NCBI GenBank assembly: GCA_036149055.1
Contig: JAYZQJ010000209.1
Coordinates: forward strand, 1-64,000
Source of the DNA: Myxococcota bacterium
GTDB taxonomy: Bacteria; Myxococcota_A; Polyangia; Polyangiales; Sandaracinaceae
Direction: 5' to 3'
DNA: 64,000 bases
The notes below the pieces were generated by a model, which was given only the letters and a program-made list of their open reading frames with translations, had not been told where the DNA came from and ran no database searches. The stretch's first letter is position 1. Every line of letters starts with the position of its first letter. Of the stretch, positions 1 to 9,554 are shown one piece after another. The translations under genes and the position numbers were made by a program.

Positions 1-261
1 GCTACAACCACACCGAGGCGCCCGGCACCGGAGAGATCCGGCTCGAGCTCTGGCTCCGGTGAGCGCCAAACGAAGCGCGGGCCCCCCGGCCCCGTCCGCC
101 GGGGGCGCGCCGCGCGGCCGCGCGCGGGGGGGGCCGGCCCCCCCTGGCGGCGCGCGCCCGCGCGCGCCGGGCGGGGGCCCCCCCCGCTTCGTTTGGCGCT
201 CACCGGAGCCAGAGCTCGAGCCGGATCTCTCCGGTGCCGGGCGCCTCGGTGTGGTTGTAGC
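1..261. repeat. Exact 77-bp inverted repeat (1-77 vs 185-261) around an almost pure G/C spacer
   Basis: Bases 1-77 are the reverse complement of 185-261. The + strand 3..62 encodes YNHTEAPGTGEIRLELWLR*, the same C-terminus as the minus-strand CDS ending at 200. Confidence 0.95.
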
Positions 262-2542
262 CGAGCACGTCGCCGAACCCGGCCGCGCTCTCGCGGCTCC
301 CTCCGCCGACCGTCTGCGAGTGCACGCCGACGGCGATCCAGGAGTCGAGCCCGCGGGCGCCCTCCGGCTCGCAGAGGCGGGTCTCGGGGCTCGGCCGCTG
401 GTGCGCGAGGAAGACCCCGCAGCCAGCGTCGCGGACCGCGTGCAGCGCGTAGGAGCAGAGGCACGAGGCGTGGGTGCCGTCGCATTCGGCGGCGAACGCG
501 CCCTCGGAGCGGGTGAGCGACGCGACCGCGCACACCCCGTCGGGGCCGTCGCAGGCCGCGTCGTCGTCGAGGCCGGCGAGCCACTCCGCGAAGGTCTTCG
601 TCCCGTCCGAGACGCCCTCGTAGACGAGCCGGTGGACGCGCTCCCCGGTCGAGAGGTTCCGGTGCACGAGCATCAGGTCGCGGAAGGGCACCCGCGCGAG
701 CGCCTCGGAGCCGAAGTCCCGGTCGAGCGCGAAGGCGTCGCCCTCCACGAAGTCGCCCTCGCAGCCGTCGCCGTAGCGGCACGCCCACCCGTTGCAGGTC
801 CAGGTGGGCTCGTTGTCGTCGCTCTGCACGAGGCCGAGCGTCCAGCCGCCCGCGGCCGCGTCCATGTCGCAGCGGACGCGGAAGGGCGACGCGTCGTCGC
901 CCCGCTCCGGGTGATGCCCGTCGGGATCCACCCAGTAGGCGCCGCTCGAGAGCGCCTCGCCCGGCACCATCCGATGCGCCTCGCACGAGACCGGCGGCCG
1001 GCACGGGGCGGCCTCGGCGCTTCCGTCCGGCGCGGCGCAGGCCTCCGGAGGCCGGCACACCGGCGCCTCGAAGAGCGTGCGGATCTCCTGGTCCTCGAGC
1101 GCGCGATAGAAGAACGTCAGCTCGTCGAGCTCGCCCAGGTACATCGGCGCGTCGCCGGCGGCGCGGTTGCCGAGGGCGAGCTGGACCGCGTGGATCTGCT
1201 CGCTCAGGCCGAGCCCGACGGTCACGAGGGACTCGCTCGCGTACTCCACCGGGCCGCCGTCGAACGAGCGCCCGATGCGCCCGCGGCGCCCGTCGACCAC
1301 GATGACCACGAAGCGCCAGCGCTCGGTCGGGTGGATGCCGGTGGTGATGGGCGGCGGGGTCGAGCTGTAGCCGGAGAGGAGCCGCAGCTCATAGCCGCCC
1401 TCCGGCGGCACGTCGTCGCCGCAGCCCTCGGGGCCGTAGGCCAGCTCGAGCAGCGAGAAGCGCGGGTCCTGCCCCGGCAGCGAGTGGTCGACGACGTCGA
1501 TGGCGAGCGGGACCGCGCCGCACGGCTGCCCCCGCTGGTCGAGCATCCAGAAGCCGAGCGTGAACGCGTCGATGCGCCCCTCGGGGAGCGGGACGTCCCC
1601 GGAGACGACCGGGCCCGCGCCCGGGCCGAAGCGCAGCCCGTGCGCCTCCCCCAGCTCGAGCAGCCCGCGCCCGGCGATGCCGCTCCCGGCCGGGACCACC
1701 GGCTCGCCGCTCCGGCGATCGGCGTCGAAGTCCCAGTAGTGATCCGGCCCCAGCCGATCGATCGCGTCGCCGCCGCACGCCACGCAGCGCTCGTAGTCGG
1801 GGCTCGGGGTCTCGCCGGGCTCACAGGCGATCCGCCCGCCGCAGCCGCCGGTCAGCGGATCGCGGAGGCTGCAGACGCACTCGGCCGCGCGGTTGCTGCA
1901 CGTGGTGAACAGCTCCGTGCAGGTGATCGCGTCGGCGCCCGGCACGCACGCGCCGTCTCCGCCGCAGCGCTCGACGCCGTTGCACACGCGGTGGTCGTCG
2001 CAGTCGGCGTCGGTGACGCACGGGTCGCGCGCGACCACCTCGCCGACCCAGAGGCTCTCGGCCGAGAGATCGGCGGCGACGCACTCGCCGGTCCGATCGC
2101 AGGTCTCGAAGCGCAGCGGGCACGCGCAGCCCCGCTCGATGCGGAGGCGCGCGATGCGGCGCTCGCCGGGCACGTACGACGTCAGCAGTCGCGCCATGCC
2201 CAGCGGCGCGCCGTCGGCGTCGCAGGCGCCCTCGAACGCGAGGGCCTCGACCAGGAACGAGCGGTCCGCCTCGTCGATCTCCGGGAGCAGCCCGTAGAGG
2301 AGCGGCATCTGGCTCGCGTCGGTGTCGAAGCGCTCCACGATCGCGTCCTCGTCCCGGAGCTCGCGCAGATCGGAGAAGGCGTCGGCGCCGGTGGTCGCGT
2401 GCACCCGCAGCTCCACGCAGCCCAGGGTCTCGAGCACCGCGCCGGACGCCTCGACCTGCAGCAGCACGCGGCCGCCCTGGTACGGCCCGGGGGACGCGCA
2501 GCCGGCGAGCAGCGCGAGGGCCACGATCGCGCGGCGGCTCAT
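200..2542 (-). CDS. Lipoprotein with Cys-rich repeat, LamG-like domain and fibrinogen-C-like domain
   Basis: Start MSRRAIVALALLAGC (lipobox) with ATGA overlap to the upstream gene. Motifs CVTDADCDD..CNGVERC, HYWDFD...LDELTFFYRAL (LamG-like) and SGAYWVDPDG...VRCDMD...GGWTL (fibrinogen-like). Confidence 0.8.
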   Translation of the reverse strand: MSRRAIVALALLAGCASPGPYQGGRVLLQVEASGAVLETLGCVELRVHATTGADAFSDLRELRDEDAIVERFDTDASQMPLLYGLLPEIDEADRSFLVEALAFEGACDADGAPLGMARLLTSYVPGERRIARLRIERGCACPLRFETCDRTGECVAADLSAESLWVGEVVARDPCVTDADCDDHRVCNGVERCGGDGACVPGADAITCTELFTTCSNRAAECVCSLRDPLTGGCGGRIACEPGETPSPDYERCVACGGDAIDRLGPDHYWDFDADRRSGEPVVPAGSGIAGRGLLELGEAHGLRFGPGAGPVVSGDVPLPEGRIDAFTLGFWMLDQRGQPCGAVPLAIDVVDHSLPGQDPRFSLLELAYGPEGCGDDVPPEGGYELRLLSGYSSTPPPITTGIHPTERWRFVVIVVDGRRGRIGRSFDGGPVEYASESLVTVGLGLSEQIHAVQLALGNRAAGDAPMYLGELDELTFFYRALEDQEIRTLFEAPVCRPPEACAAPDGSAEAAPCRPPVSCEAHRMVPGEALSSGAYWVDPDGHHPERGDDASPFRVRCDMDAAAGGWTLGLVQSDDNEPTWTCNGWACRYGDGCEGDFVEGDAFALDRDFGSEALARVPFRDLMLVHRNLSTGERVHRLVYEGVSDGTKTFAEWLAGLDDDAACDGPDGVCAVASLTRSEGAFAAECDGTHASCLCSYALHAVRDAGCGVFLAHQRPSPETRLCEPEGARGLDSWIAVGVHSQTVGGGSRESAAGFGDVLGYNHTEAPGTGEIRLELWLR

Positions 2543-3327
2543 CGCGCACCTCCGAGGAGGGTCATCGACGTGCCTCGGAGATCCGTCACGTCGTCGAACG
2601 GCCCCTGCGTCCCGGGATCGTAGAGCGCGACGCCGAGCACGACGCCGACGATGGTGGCCACGCCGACGCCGATGCCGGTCCAGAGCCACGGGTTCTCCTC
2701 GACCGGCTCGCCGGCCGCGACCACCGACGGGCTCATCGGCACCGGCGCGAGCGCGAGGGAGAGCTCGGCGCGCTCTCCGCCGTTGACGTCGATGCGGCGC
2801 CGCTGGGTCACGTAGCCCTCGCGCTCGATCATCAGCGTGTGATCGCCCGCGTCGAGCTCGACCACCTCGCCCGGCAGGAGCGGCCGCGCCTCCCCGTCGA
2901 TCCGGAGCTGGGCGTCGCGCGGGACGAGGCGGATGCGGTAGGCGCCGATGAAGCCGCGGGCGTTCTCGACGAGCTCGCGGACCTGCTCCCGCAGCCGCGG
3001 GGTCAGCGGGCGCACCTCGGAGGTCAGCGCCTCCTCGAAGAGCGCGACCGCGCGCACGTAGTGGCCGAGCTCGTACTCCACCAGCCCCAGGCCGCGCAGG
3101 GTGCGGGCGCTCGGCGACAACGCGTGGGCGCGCTGGAAGTGGGCGCGGGCCTCGGCGAGGTGGCCGGCCGACAGCTCGGCGAGCGCGCTCCGGACCGCCT
3201 CGTCGTATTCGCTCGTCGCCTCCTCGGCCGGCGCGTCGTCTCCGCTGGTTTGCCCGGAAGCGAGCGACGGCGTGACCGCCGGTGACAACGAGATGAACCA
3301 CAGGATCGCGCACGAAAGCCGTCTCAA
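2539..3327 (-). CDS. TPR + PEGA domain protein with C-terminal transmembrane segment
   Basis: TTG start after GGAGG. TPR-like helices (EARAHFQRAHALSP..LRGLG..ELGHY), PEGA-like (AQLRIDG...LDAGDHTLMIEREGY) and C-terminal WLWTGIGVGVATIVGVVLGV. Confidence 0.8.
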   Translation of the reverse strand: MRRLSCAILWFISLSPAVTPSLASGQTSGDDAPAEEATSEYDEAVRSALAELSAGHLAEARAHFQRAHALSPSARTLRGLGLVEYELGHYVRAVALFEEALTSEVRPLTPRLREQVRELVENARGFIGAYRIRLVPRDAQLRIDGEARPLLPGEVVELDAGDHTLMIEREGYVTQRRRIDVNGGERAELSLALAPVPMSPSVVAAGEPVEENPWLWTGIGVGVATIVGVVLGVALYDPGTQGPFDDVTDLRGTSMTLLGGAR

Positions 3328-3366
3328 CGGTGCCCTCCACGGCGGAAGGTTGCTAGAGTGCCCCCC

Positions 3367-4959
3367 GTGACGGATCCGGGAGGAGGGCCGGACGACCCGC
3401 GGGTGGGAACGCAGATCGCGTCCGTGTACCGCGTGGATCGACTCCTGGGCCGCGGCGGATTCGGCGCAGTCTACGCGGCGACCCACACGCTGCTGGGCCA
3501 CCGCGTCGCCATCAAGCTGCTGCGCAACGAGTACACCTCCTCGAAGGAGGCGGTGCGCCGATTCCAGCGTGAGGCCCGCGCGGCGAGCTCGATCGGCCAC
3601 CCCCACATCGTCGACGTGAAGGACCTGCTCCGCACCGACGACGGGGACTACTGCATGATCCTCGAGCTGCTCGAGGGGCACGACCTCGAGGAGCGGCTCG
3701 AGCGAGGCGGACCGATGGTGGTCCGGGACGCGGTGCACGTCTTCCTCCAGGTCTGCGACGGCCTCTCCGCGGTCCACGACAAGGGGATCGTCCATCGCGA
3801 CCTCAAGCCGAGCAACATCTTTCTCACCATCGCGCCCGACGGTGAGGATCCGTCTTGGGTGAAGATCCTCGACTTCGGCATCAGCAAGGCGGGGGATCTC
3901 ACGCTCGGCGGCGATCCGCTCACCCAGACCGGCGCGGTGCTCGGGACCCCGCACTACATGTCGCCGGAGCAGGTCCGCGGCGTGCGCGAGCTCGATCACC
4001 GCACCGACATCTACAGCCTCGGGGTCATGCTCTTCGAGGCGCTCACGTGCACGCGCCCCTTCGAGGCGCCCGCCTTCCCGCCGCTCTGCATGAAGATCTG
4101 CATCGACCCGGCCCCGAAGGTCGCTCGGTTCCGGAAGGACGTGCCGCCCGCGCTCTCGGATCTCGTGCATCGAATGATGTCGAAGGAGCCCGAGGCGAGG
4201 CCGCAGACCTGCGCCGAGGTCGCCGACGCGCTGCGGGCCTTCGCGGACGTCTCGGCGGCCCCGACCCTCGACCCCGACGCGCCGTCGACCTCCGACGCGG
4301 TGCGGCTGGGCGAGGCGGCGACCGAGGCGACGAGCGCGCCGCCGATGGAGGCGCCGAAGCGGAGCTCGTGGCTCCTCCGGGGCGGGCTCGCCGCCGCCGG
4401 GCTCCTCCTCCTCGGCGGCCTCGCGCTGAGCGCGGGCCTGCTCGACGGGCCCCGGGAGGCCGCCGCCGATCCCGCGCCCGAGGCCGCCGCGCCGCCTCCC
4501 GCGGTCGTGGCCGACGAGGCGCCGGAGCCCGAAGCCGAGCCGGCCGCGGAGCCGCCCCCGCTCGAGGTGCGCGCCGAAGGCGGCGAGGCGGAGCTCTGGG
4601 TGGACGGCGCCGCGCACGGCACCCTGGAGGAGGGCGCGCCGCGATCGCTGCGCCTCCCGGCCGGCCGCCACGTGCTCGAGGCCCGGCGCGGCGATCGGGT
4701 GCTCGTCCGGGAGACGGCCGAGGTGAGCGCGGAGGGCGCCGAGCCGGTGGTGCTCGCTCTCCCGGCGTCGCCGAGCCCGAGCGCCCCGCGCGCGACCCGT
4801 CGAGGCGTCGCCCGGCGCGCGCCCGATCCGCAGCCCGCCCATCCGCCTGCGTCCGCGGCGCCTGCGTCCGCCGCACCAGCTCCCACGCAGCCGGCCGAGC
4901 CGTCGGTGGTCGAGGTCACGCGGCCCCGGGTCGGCACGGTCCGCGAAGACGAGTTCTGA
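3367..4959 (+). CDS. Membrane Ser/Thr protein kinase with extracytoplasmic PEGA-like domain
   Basis: GRGGFG, VAIK, HRDLKPSN, DFG and GTPHYMSPE motifs, then a TM segment. GTG start 7 nt after TAGAGT (ORF track start 3358). Confidence 0.93.
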   Translation: MTDPGGGPDDPRVGTQIASVYRVDRLLGRGGFGAVYAATHTLLGHRVAIKLLRNEYTSSKEAVRRFQREARAASSIGHPHIVDVKDLLRTDDGDYCMILELLEGHDLEERLERGGPMVVRDAVHVFLQVCDGLSAVHDKGIVHRDLKPSNIFLTIAPDGEDPSWVKILDFGISKAGDLTLGGDPLTQTGAVLGTPHYMSPEQVRGVRELDHRTDIYSLGVMLFEALTCTRPFEAPAFPPLCMKICIDPAPKVARFRKDVPPALSDLVHRMMSKEPEARPQTCAEVADALRAFADVSAAPTLDPDAPSTSDAVRLGEAATEATSAPPMEAPKRSSWLLRGGLAAAGLLLLGGLALSAGLLDGPREAAADPAPEAAAPPPAVVADEAPEPEAEPAAEPPPLEVRAEGGEAELWVDGAAHGTLEEGAPRSLRLPAGRHVLEARRGDRVLVRETAEVSAEGAEPVVLALPASPSPSAPRATRRGVARRAPDPQPAHPPASAAPASAAPAPTQPAEPSVVEVTRPRVGTVREDEF

Positions 4960-4961
4960 GC

Positions 4962-5879
4962 ATGATCCTTCGCCGCGGACAGAGTCAGCGGGAGGTGGTC
5001 GACGCGAGCCTCCTGGTCGGTCGGTCGAGCCGCTGCGCGCTCGTGCTCGACGAGAGCTGGGTCTCGGGGCAGCACGCGCGGCTCTACTGGGACGGCGAGG
5101 CCTGGTGGATCAAGGACCTCGCGAGCCGCAACGGCACGTTCGTGAACGGGGAGCAGCTGTCGGCCGGGTCGCCCCGCCGGCTCTCGCGCGGAGACCGCGT
5201 CGCCTTCGGGCAGCGAGAGGCGGAGTGGCGGGTGGGCGACGTCGACCCGCCCACGCTGCTCGCCGTGCCCGAGGACGGCGGCGCGCCGCTGCCGATGGCC
5301 GAAGGCCTGCTCGCGCTCCCGCACGCCGACGCGCCCGAGGTCACGCTCTTCCTCGATCCGCGCGAGGGCTTCGTGCTCGAGCGCGGCGGTGAGCGCAGGG
5401 GCGTGCGCGACGGGCTCGTGGTGCAGGCCGGGGGCCGCGCCTTCTCCCTCCGGGTGCCCCAGTGGGTCTCGCCGACGGCGACCGCCGATCATCAGCGCGC
5501 CGGCCCCCGCCTCGTCGAGGTCGCGCTCCGCTTCCGCGTCTCGCGCGACGAGGAGCACGTGCAGCTCGTCGCCGCCCTGCGCGGCGAGACCCACGACCTG
5601 CGCTCGCGCGCGCATCACTACCTGCTCCTCACCCTGGCCCGGGAGCGCATCGCCGATCTCGAGCGTGGCCTGCCGCCCGAGGGCTGCGGGTGGATCCACG
5701 TCGAGGAGATCGCGCGGCGGCTCCGCGCCGAGCCCGAGCACGTGAACCTGCACGTCTTCCGGGCGCGCAAGCAGATCGCCTGCGTCGGCGTCGAGGACCC
5801 GGCGGAGCTGGTCGAGCGGCGGCTCGACGCCCATCAGATCCGCATCGGCACCGGGCTGCTCGACATCGAGCTGGTCTGA
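4962..5879 (+). CDS. FHA-domain protein with C-terminal winged-helix-like region
   Basis: FHA motifs VGRS, VSGQHA and DLASRNGTFVNG. ATG 2 nt after the kinase stop. Confidence 0.88.
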   Translation: MILRRGQSQREVVDASLLVGRSSRCALVLDESWVSGQHARLYWDGEAWWIKDLASRNGTFVNGEQLSAGSPRRLSRGDRVAFGQREAEWRVGDVDPPTLLAVPEDGGAPLPMAEGLLALPHADAPEVTLFLDPREGFVLERGGERRGVRDGLVVQAGGRAFSLRVPQWVSPTATADHQRAGPRLVEVALRFRVSRDEEHVQLVAALRGETHDLRSRAHHYLLLTLARERIADLERGLPPEGCGWIHVEEIARRLRAEPEHVNLHVFRARKQIACVGVEDPAELVERRLDAHQIRIGTGLLDIELV

Positions 5880-6002
5880 GGGGGGCACCGGGTGAGCGTG
5901 CGGGAGCCGCCGGCGGCTGACCATTTCAGGCTCTTGCAATCCGGTGAAATGGCGCCGCCCGCGCCCTCGTCGCACCCTCACGCGCGGAGGGGGAGCCGCC
6001 GG

Positions 6003-6377
6003 TCACTCCTCGACGATGCACTCCTCGCGCGTCGGCATGCGCTCGCACACCGTGCGCTGACACGCGCCGTACGCGCCCTGCTCGGCGGCGCACTCCCCGG
6101 CGCTCGAGTCGCACGCGGGGATGGCGGCGCTGCACGCGTAGAGCGCGTCGAACTCCGCCTCGCAGCCGATGTCGAGCGCCGCGTCGCGGTTCACCGCGTA
6201 CTCGGTCTCCACGCCCGCGCAGACCTCGCCGCAGTCCTCCTCGCCCCGGAAGCCGAGGCAGCGGCTCGTGCGCCGCGTCTCGCACCGGCTGTTGCAGTCC
6301 CCGGCGGGGTCGACGCCGCAGGCGGCGAGGAGGCTCAGCAGACAGACGCCCACGAGGGCGACACAGCGCGTCTTCAT
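6003..6377 (-). CDS. Small Cys-rich lipoprotein
   Basis: MKTRCVALVGVCLLSLLAAC lipobox followed by many cysteines. Confidence 0.75.
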   Translation of the reverse strand: MKTRCVALVGVCLLSLLAACGVDPAGDCNSRCETRRTSRCLGFRGEEDCGEVCAGVETEYAVNRDAALDIGCEAEFDALYACSAAIPACDSSAGECAAEQGAYGACQRTVCERMPTREECIVEE

Positions 6378-6424
6378 GCAGCGCGTGTAGCGGAGAACGA
6401 CCCGGTGACGCAACCGCGTCGTGC

Positions 6425-7378
6425 TCACTCGTCCCAGAGGCTCTCGAGCGTGTAGGGGCCGCCCTCCTTCGCCCAGAAGCGGCCGTCGACGTAGCGGCGG
6501 TGGCGATCGAGGGCGCCGATCCGCTCCATGTCCTCGGCGTCGAGCGACAGCTCGGTGGCCGCGAGGTTCTCGCGGATGCGGGTCGGGCTCACCGACTTCG
6601 GGATCACCGAGGTGCCGCGCTCGAGGGCCCACGCGATCAGCACCTGAGCCGGGCTGGCGTCGTGCTTCTTCGCGATGGCGCCGATGGCCTCGTCCTCGAG
6701 CAGCACCGGCTCGTCCTCGGCCTTGAGCGCCGACGCGCGGTCGCGCGAGCCGAGCGGCGAGTAGGCCGTGAGCGCCACGCCGGCCTCGCGGCACCAGTCG
6801 AGCATCTCGCGCTGCTGGAGATAGGGGTGCAGCTCGATCTGGTTGACGGCCGGCTGGATGCGCGCGCCCTCGCTGACCCGGCGCAGCCGGTTCACGCTGA
6901 AGTTCGACACGCCGATCGAGCGGGTGAGCCCCGCGTCCACGAGCTTCTCCATCGCGCCCCAGGTCTCGGCGATGGGCACGTCGTCGAGGCTCACCAGGTC
7001 GCTCGCGCTCTCCGGGAACACCACGCCGTGCTTCAGCGCGACCGGCCAGTGGATCAGGTAGAGGTCGAGTCGGTCGAGCTTCAGGTTGGCGAGCGTCTCG
7101 CGGATGCCGCTCTCGACGTGCTCGGCCCGGTGCCGGTCGTTCCAGAGCTTCGAGGTGATCCAGAGCTCGTCGCGCGTCACCACGCCGCCCTCGAAGAGCT
7201 CGCTCAGCGCGTCGCCCACCTCGCTCTCGTTGCCGTAGATCCAGGCGCAGTCCACGTGCCGGTAGCCGGCCTTCACCGCCTCGATCACCGCGGCCTTCAC
7301 CTCGCCCGGCTTCGACTTCCAGGTCCCGAGCCCGAAGGCCGGCAGCGCGTTGCCATCGTTCAGCGTGATCGTCTTCAT
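6425..7378 (-). CDS. Aldo/keto reductase
   Basis: GLGTW, GYRHVDCAWIYGNE, LDLYLIHWP, IGVSNF and IPKS motifs. Confidence 0.95.
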   Translation of the reverse strand: MKTITLNDGNALPAFGLGTWKSKPGEVKAAVIEAVKAGYRHVDCAWIYGNESEVGDALSELFEGGVVTRDELWITSKLWNDRHRAEHVESGIRETLANLKLDRLDLYLIHWPVALKHGVVFPESASDLVSLDDVPIAETWGAMEKLVDAGLTRSIGVSNFSVNRLRRVSEGARIQPAVNQIELHPYLQQREMLDWCREAGVALTAYSPLGSRDRASALKAEDEPVLLEDEAIGAIAKKHDASPAQVLIAWALERGTSVIPKSVSPTRIRENLAATELSLDAEDMERIGALDRHRRYVDGRFWAKEGGPYTLESLWDE

Positions 7379-8100
7379 CTCTGCTCCTTCACGTCGTGGC
7401 GGAACCGCCCGGCGTTGCCGTCGAGCTCGGTCTCTTCGTCCGCGAGCCCGAAGAACGCGGGCACGGGTCTCGGCTTCTTCACCGCTCGCTGCACCGCGGG
7501 GCGGGCGTCGAGGCGGTCGAGCCACGTCTTCAGCGCGTCGAGCCCGTCGACGTCCACCTTCGCCCACGGGTGAGAGCGCGCGTAGGGATACATGGCCATG
7601 TCGACGATGGAGTAGGCGTCGCCGACCAGCCACTCGCGGCCCTGGAGCCGCCGGTCGACCACCTCGAGCAGCCGCCGCGACTCGTCGACGTACCGACGGA
7701 TCGCGAACTCGTCGACGTGCCCGTTCGGCGCGGCGATGCGCTGGAAGTACATCGCCTGCCCCATCATCGGGCCCACGCCGCTCATCTGGAACATCAGCCA
7801 CTGCAGCGCCTCGGAGCGGGCGAGCGGCCCCTCGGGCAGGAAGCGCCCGGTCTTCTCGGCGAGGTACCAGAGGATCGCGCCCGACTCGAACACCACGAAG
7901 TCGCCGGCCTCGCGATCGACGAGGGTGGGGATGCGCCCGTTCGGGTTGAGGCGCAGGTACCAGTCGGCCTTCTGCTCGCGCGCGCCGAAGTCGATGTGGG
8001 TCAGCTCGTAGTCGAGCCCCGCCTCCTCGAGGAAGAGGAGAGGCTTCCACCCGTTCATCGTCGACGCGGTGTAGAGGTGCAGGGGAGGGCGCTCGCTCAC
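7375..8100 (-). CDS. Glutathione S-transferase (YfcG/YghU-like)
   Basis: TMNGWK, LNPNGRIPTL, VFESGAILWYLAEK and GVGPMMGQ motifs. Confidence 0.92.
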   Translation of the reverse strand: MSERPPLHLYTASTMNGWKPLLFLEEAGLDYELTHIDFGAREQKADWYLRLNPNGRIPTLVDREAGDFVVFESGAILWYLAEKTGRFLPEGPLARSEALQWLMFQMSGVGPMMGQAMYFQRIAAPNGHVDEFAIRRYVDESRRLLEVVDRRLQGREWLVGDAYSIVDMAMYPYARSHPWAKVDVDGLDALKTWLDRLDARPAVQRAVKKPRPVPAFFGLADEETELDGNAGRFRHDVKEQR

Positions 8101-8148
8101 GGCGACCCAGTTGTGGGTACCGCGCGCAGCCTGGCAACCCCCTGCCGA

Positions 8149-8553
8149 TCAGAGTGTCGCCGACGGTCGCGGCGGCGCCTCCGCGCGGGTGTGCGCGGCG
8201 ACGTGGGTGAGGTGGCGGGTGAACCGCGAGGTGACCTCGAGCCGGCCGAGTCGGTTCAGCCGCTCGAGCGGATCCGTCGCCTGCTCTACCTCGGCCTCGA
8301 GCTGGCCGGCGCGCTCCAGCGTCTCGTGCAGCAGCCCGTAGAGATGCTTCGGCGAGAGATCGCCGTCCTCGCGCGGCGTCCACAGCGCCTTCAGCACCCG
8401 GCGGCGCTCCGCCTCGAGCCCGTCCATCCACGCCGACTGCGCGTGCAGGTAGCTCACGCCCTCGGCGTACCTCACGGGCACGGGCACGCTCCAGGGCTCG
8501 TCGTATGCGAGCGCCAGCGTCACGAGCTCACCCATGAGCGTCGGGGAGGACAC
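8149..8553 (-). CDS. Hypothetical protein
   Basis: 134-aa ORF with GC3-biased codons. TATCCT lies 6 nt upstream of the GTG. Confidence 0.65.
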   Translation of the reverse strand: MSSPTLMGELVTLALAYDEPWSVPVPVRYAEGVSYLHAQSAWMDGLEAERRRVLKALWTPREDGDLSPKHLYGLLHETLERAGQLEAEVEQATDPLERLNRLGRLEVTSRFTRHLTHVAAHTRAEAPPRPSATL

Positions 8554-8609
8554 GGTCCCAGGATAGCAGGGGTTTGGCCGCGAAAAAGACCGAGGTGACG
8601 GAACGAGAA

Positions 8610-8636
8610 GAGGGCGGCGCCGAAGCGTCCGCCCTC
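8610..8636 (-). terminator. Stem-loop downstream of 8660..9115
   Basis: GAGGGCGG / CCGCCCTC stem with a weak U-tract on the minus strand. Confidence 0.45.
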
Positions 8637-8659
8637 GTCCGTGTGGAGGTGGATGGAGA

Positions 8660-9115
8660 TCAGGCTGCGCGCGCGGCGGGAGCCATCGCCGGCTGCACCG
8701 CCGGCCGACGCGTCATCACCGAGACGCCGCCGCCGACCTGGTCCTCGACCACGGCCGCGAGCGCCTGCATCGCGTGACGACCCCGGCCGACGCGCTCCCC
8801 GCCGTCCAGGAAGAGGCGTCCCCGGCTGGAGGGCACCATCTGGGACACGATGGCGCGGATCATCAGAGACCGCGCGCTGAGCGTGTCAGGATCCCAACGA
8901 TCGCCACCGACCAGCGCGGCCGCCACGAGCTCGCCCTCGAGCTGGAGCTCACCCACGCGCTCGCGCACCCGGGTGGCCAGCTCGGACGGCGTCTCGCCCG
9001 CGCGCTGCAGGACGATCGCGATGTCGTCCACTTCGTCACGGAGCGGCTCGACCCACTCGCTCCACTCGCCGCCTCGCTCGGCGACCAACACTGCCGTCTT
9101 CTTGGTGCTGCCCAT
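8660..9115 (-). CDS. Hypothetical protein downstream of a sigma54 promoter
   Basis: MGSTKKTAVLVAERGG... with a GGAGG SD at 9121-9125 (minus strand). Confidence 0.75.
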   Translation of the reverse strand: MGSTKKTAVLVAERGGEWSEWVEPLRDEVDDIAIVLQRAGETPSELATRVRERVGELQLEGELVAAALVGGDRWDPDTLSARSLMIRAIVSQMVPSSRGRLFLDGGERVGRGRHAMQALAAVVEDQVGGGVSVMTRRPAVQPAMAPAARAA

Positions 9116-9140
9116 CACGGCCTCCACGGCGTTTCCGCTT

Positions 9141-9156
9141 TGCAATCGAAGTGCCA
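9141..9156 (-). promoter_or_regulatory. Sigma54 (-24/-12) promoter
   Basis: The minus strand reads TGGCAC-TTCGA-TTGCA, an exact match to the TGGCAC-N5-TTGC(A/T) consensus, about 25 nt upstream of the start codon. Confidence 0.8.
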
Positions 9157-9505
9157 CACTCGCTGGTGGCTCTGACGTCCCGATCCGTTGCACCGAGCCT
9201 GGGGGCGAATGCCACGGGCTGCGGGATTGCCCCGCGAAGCCGTGGCACGCAGCACCCCTGATTCGTGGGGTTAATGACGCGCCGCGTCTAAAGAAGTTCT
9301 GCCCACAGTCGTAGAACCTACGGGGCGTTCCGGGAGCCTGTCACCATCAGGTGACGTGACGGCGGTGGCACACCGCTGCGGACGGAGTGGCTGATGCACT
9401 GGCCACCACGACTTCGGTGCCCGGGTGTGTACCGACGGTTACGGTCCCGTGGTCACGCTGCGCCACCGTGCGAGCGGATGGAGCGCGGTGTGCTCCGAGA
9501 GCATC

Positions 9506-9534
9506 TTGACGGGTCGGGGGCCGATTGCTAAACG
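9506..9534 (+). promoter_or_regulatory. Sigma70 promoter of the tRNA pair
   Basis: TTGACG-N17-TAAACG with an extended TG motif, 20 nt before tRNA-Lys. Confidence 0.6.
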
Positions 9535-9554
9535 GCCGAATCTCTTTTCGAGAG

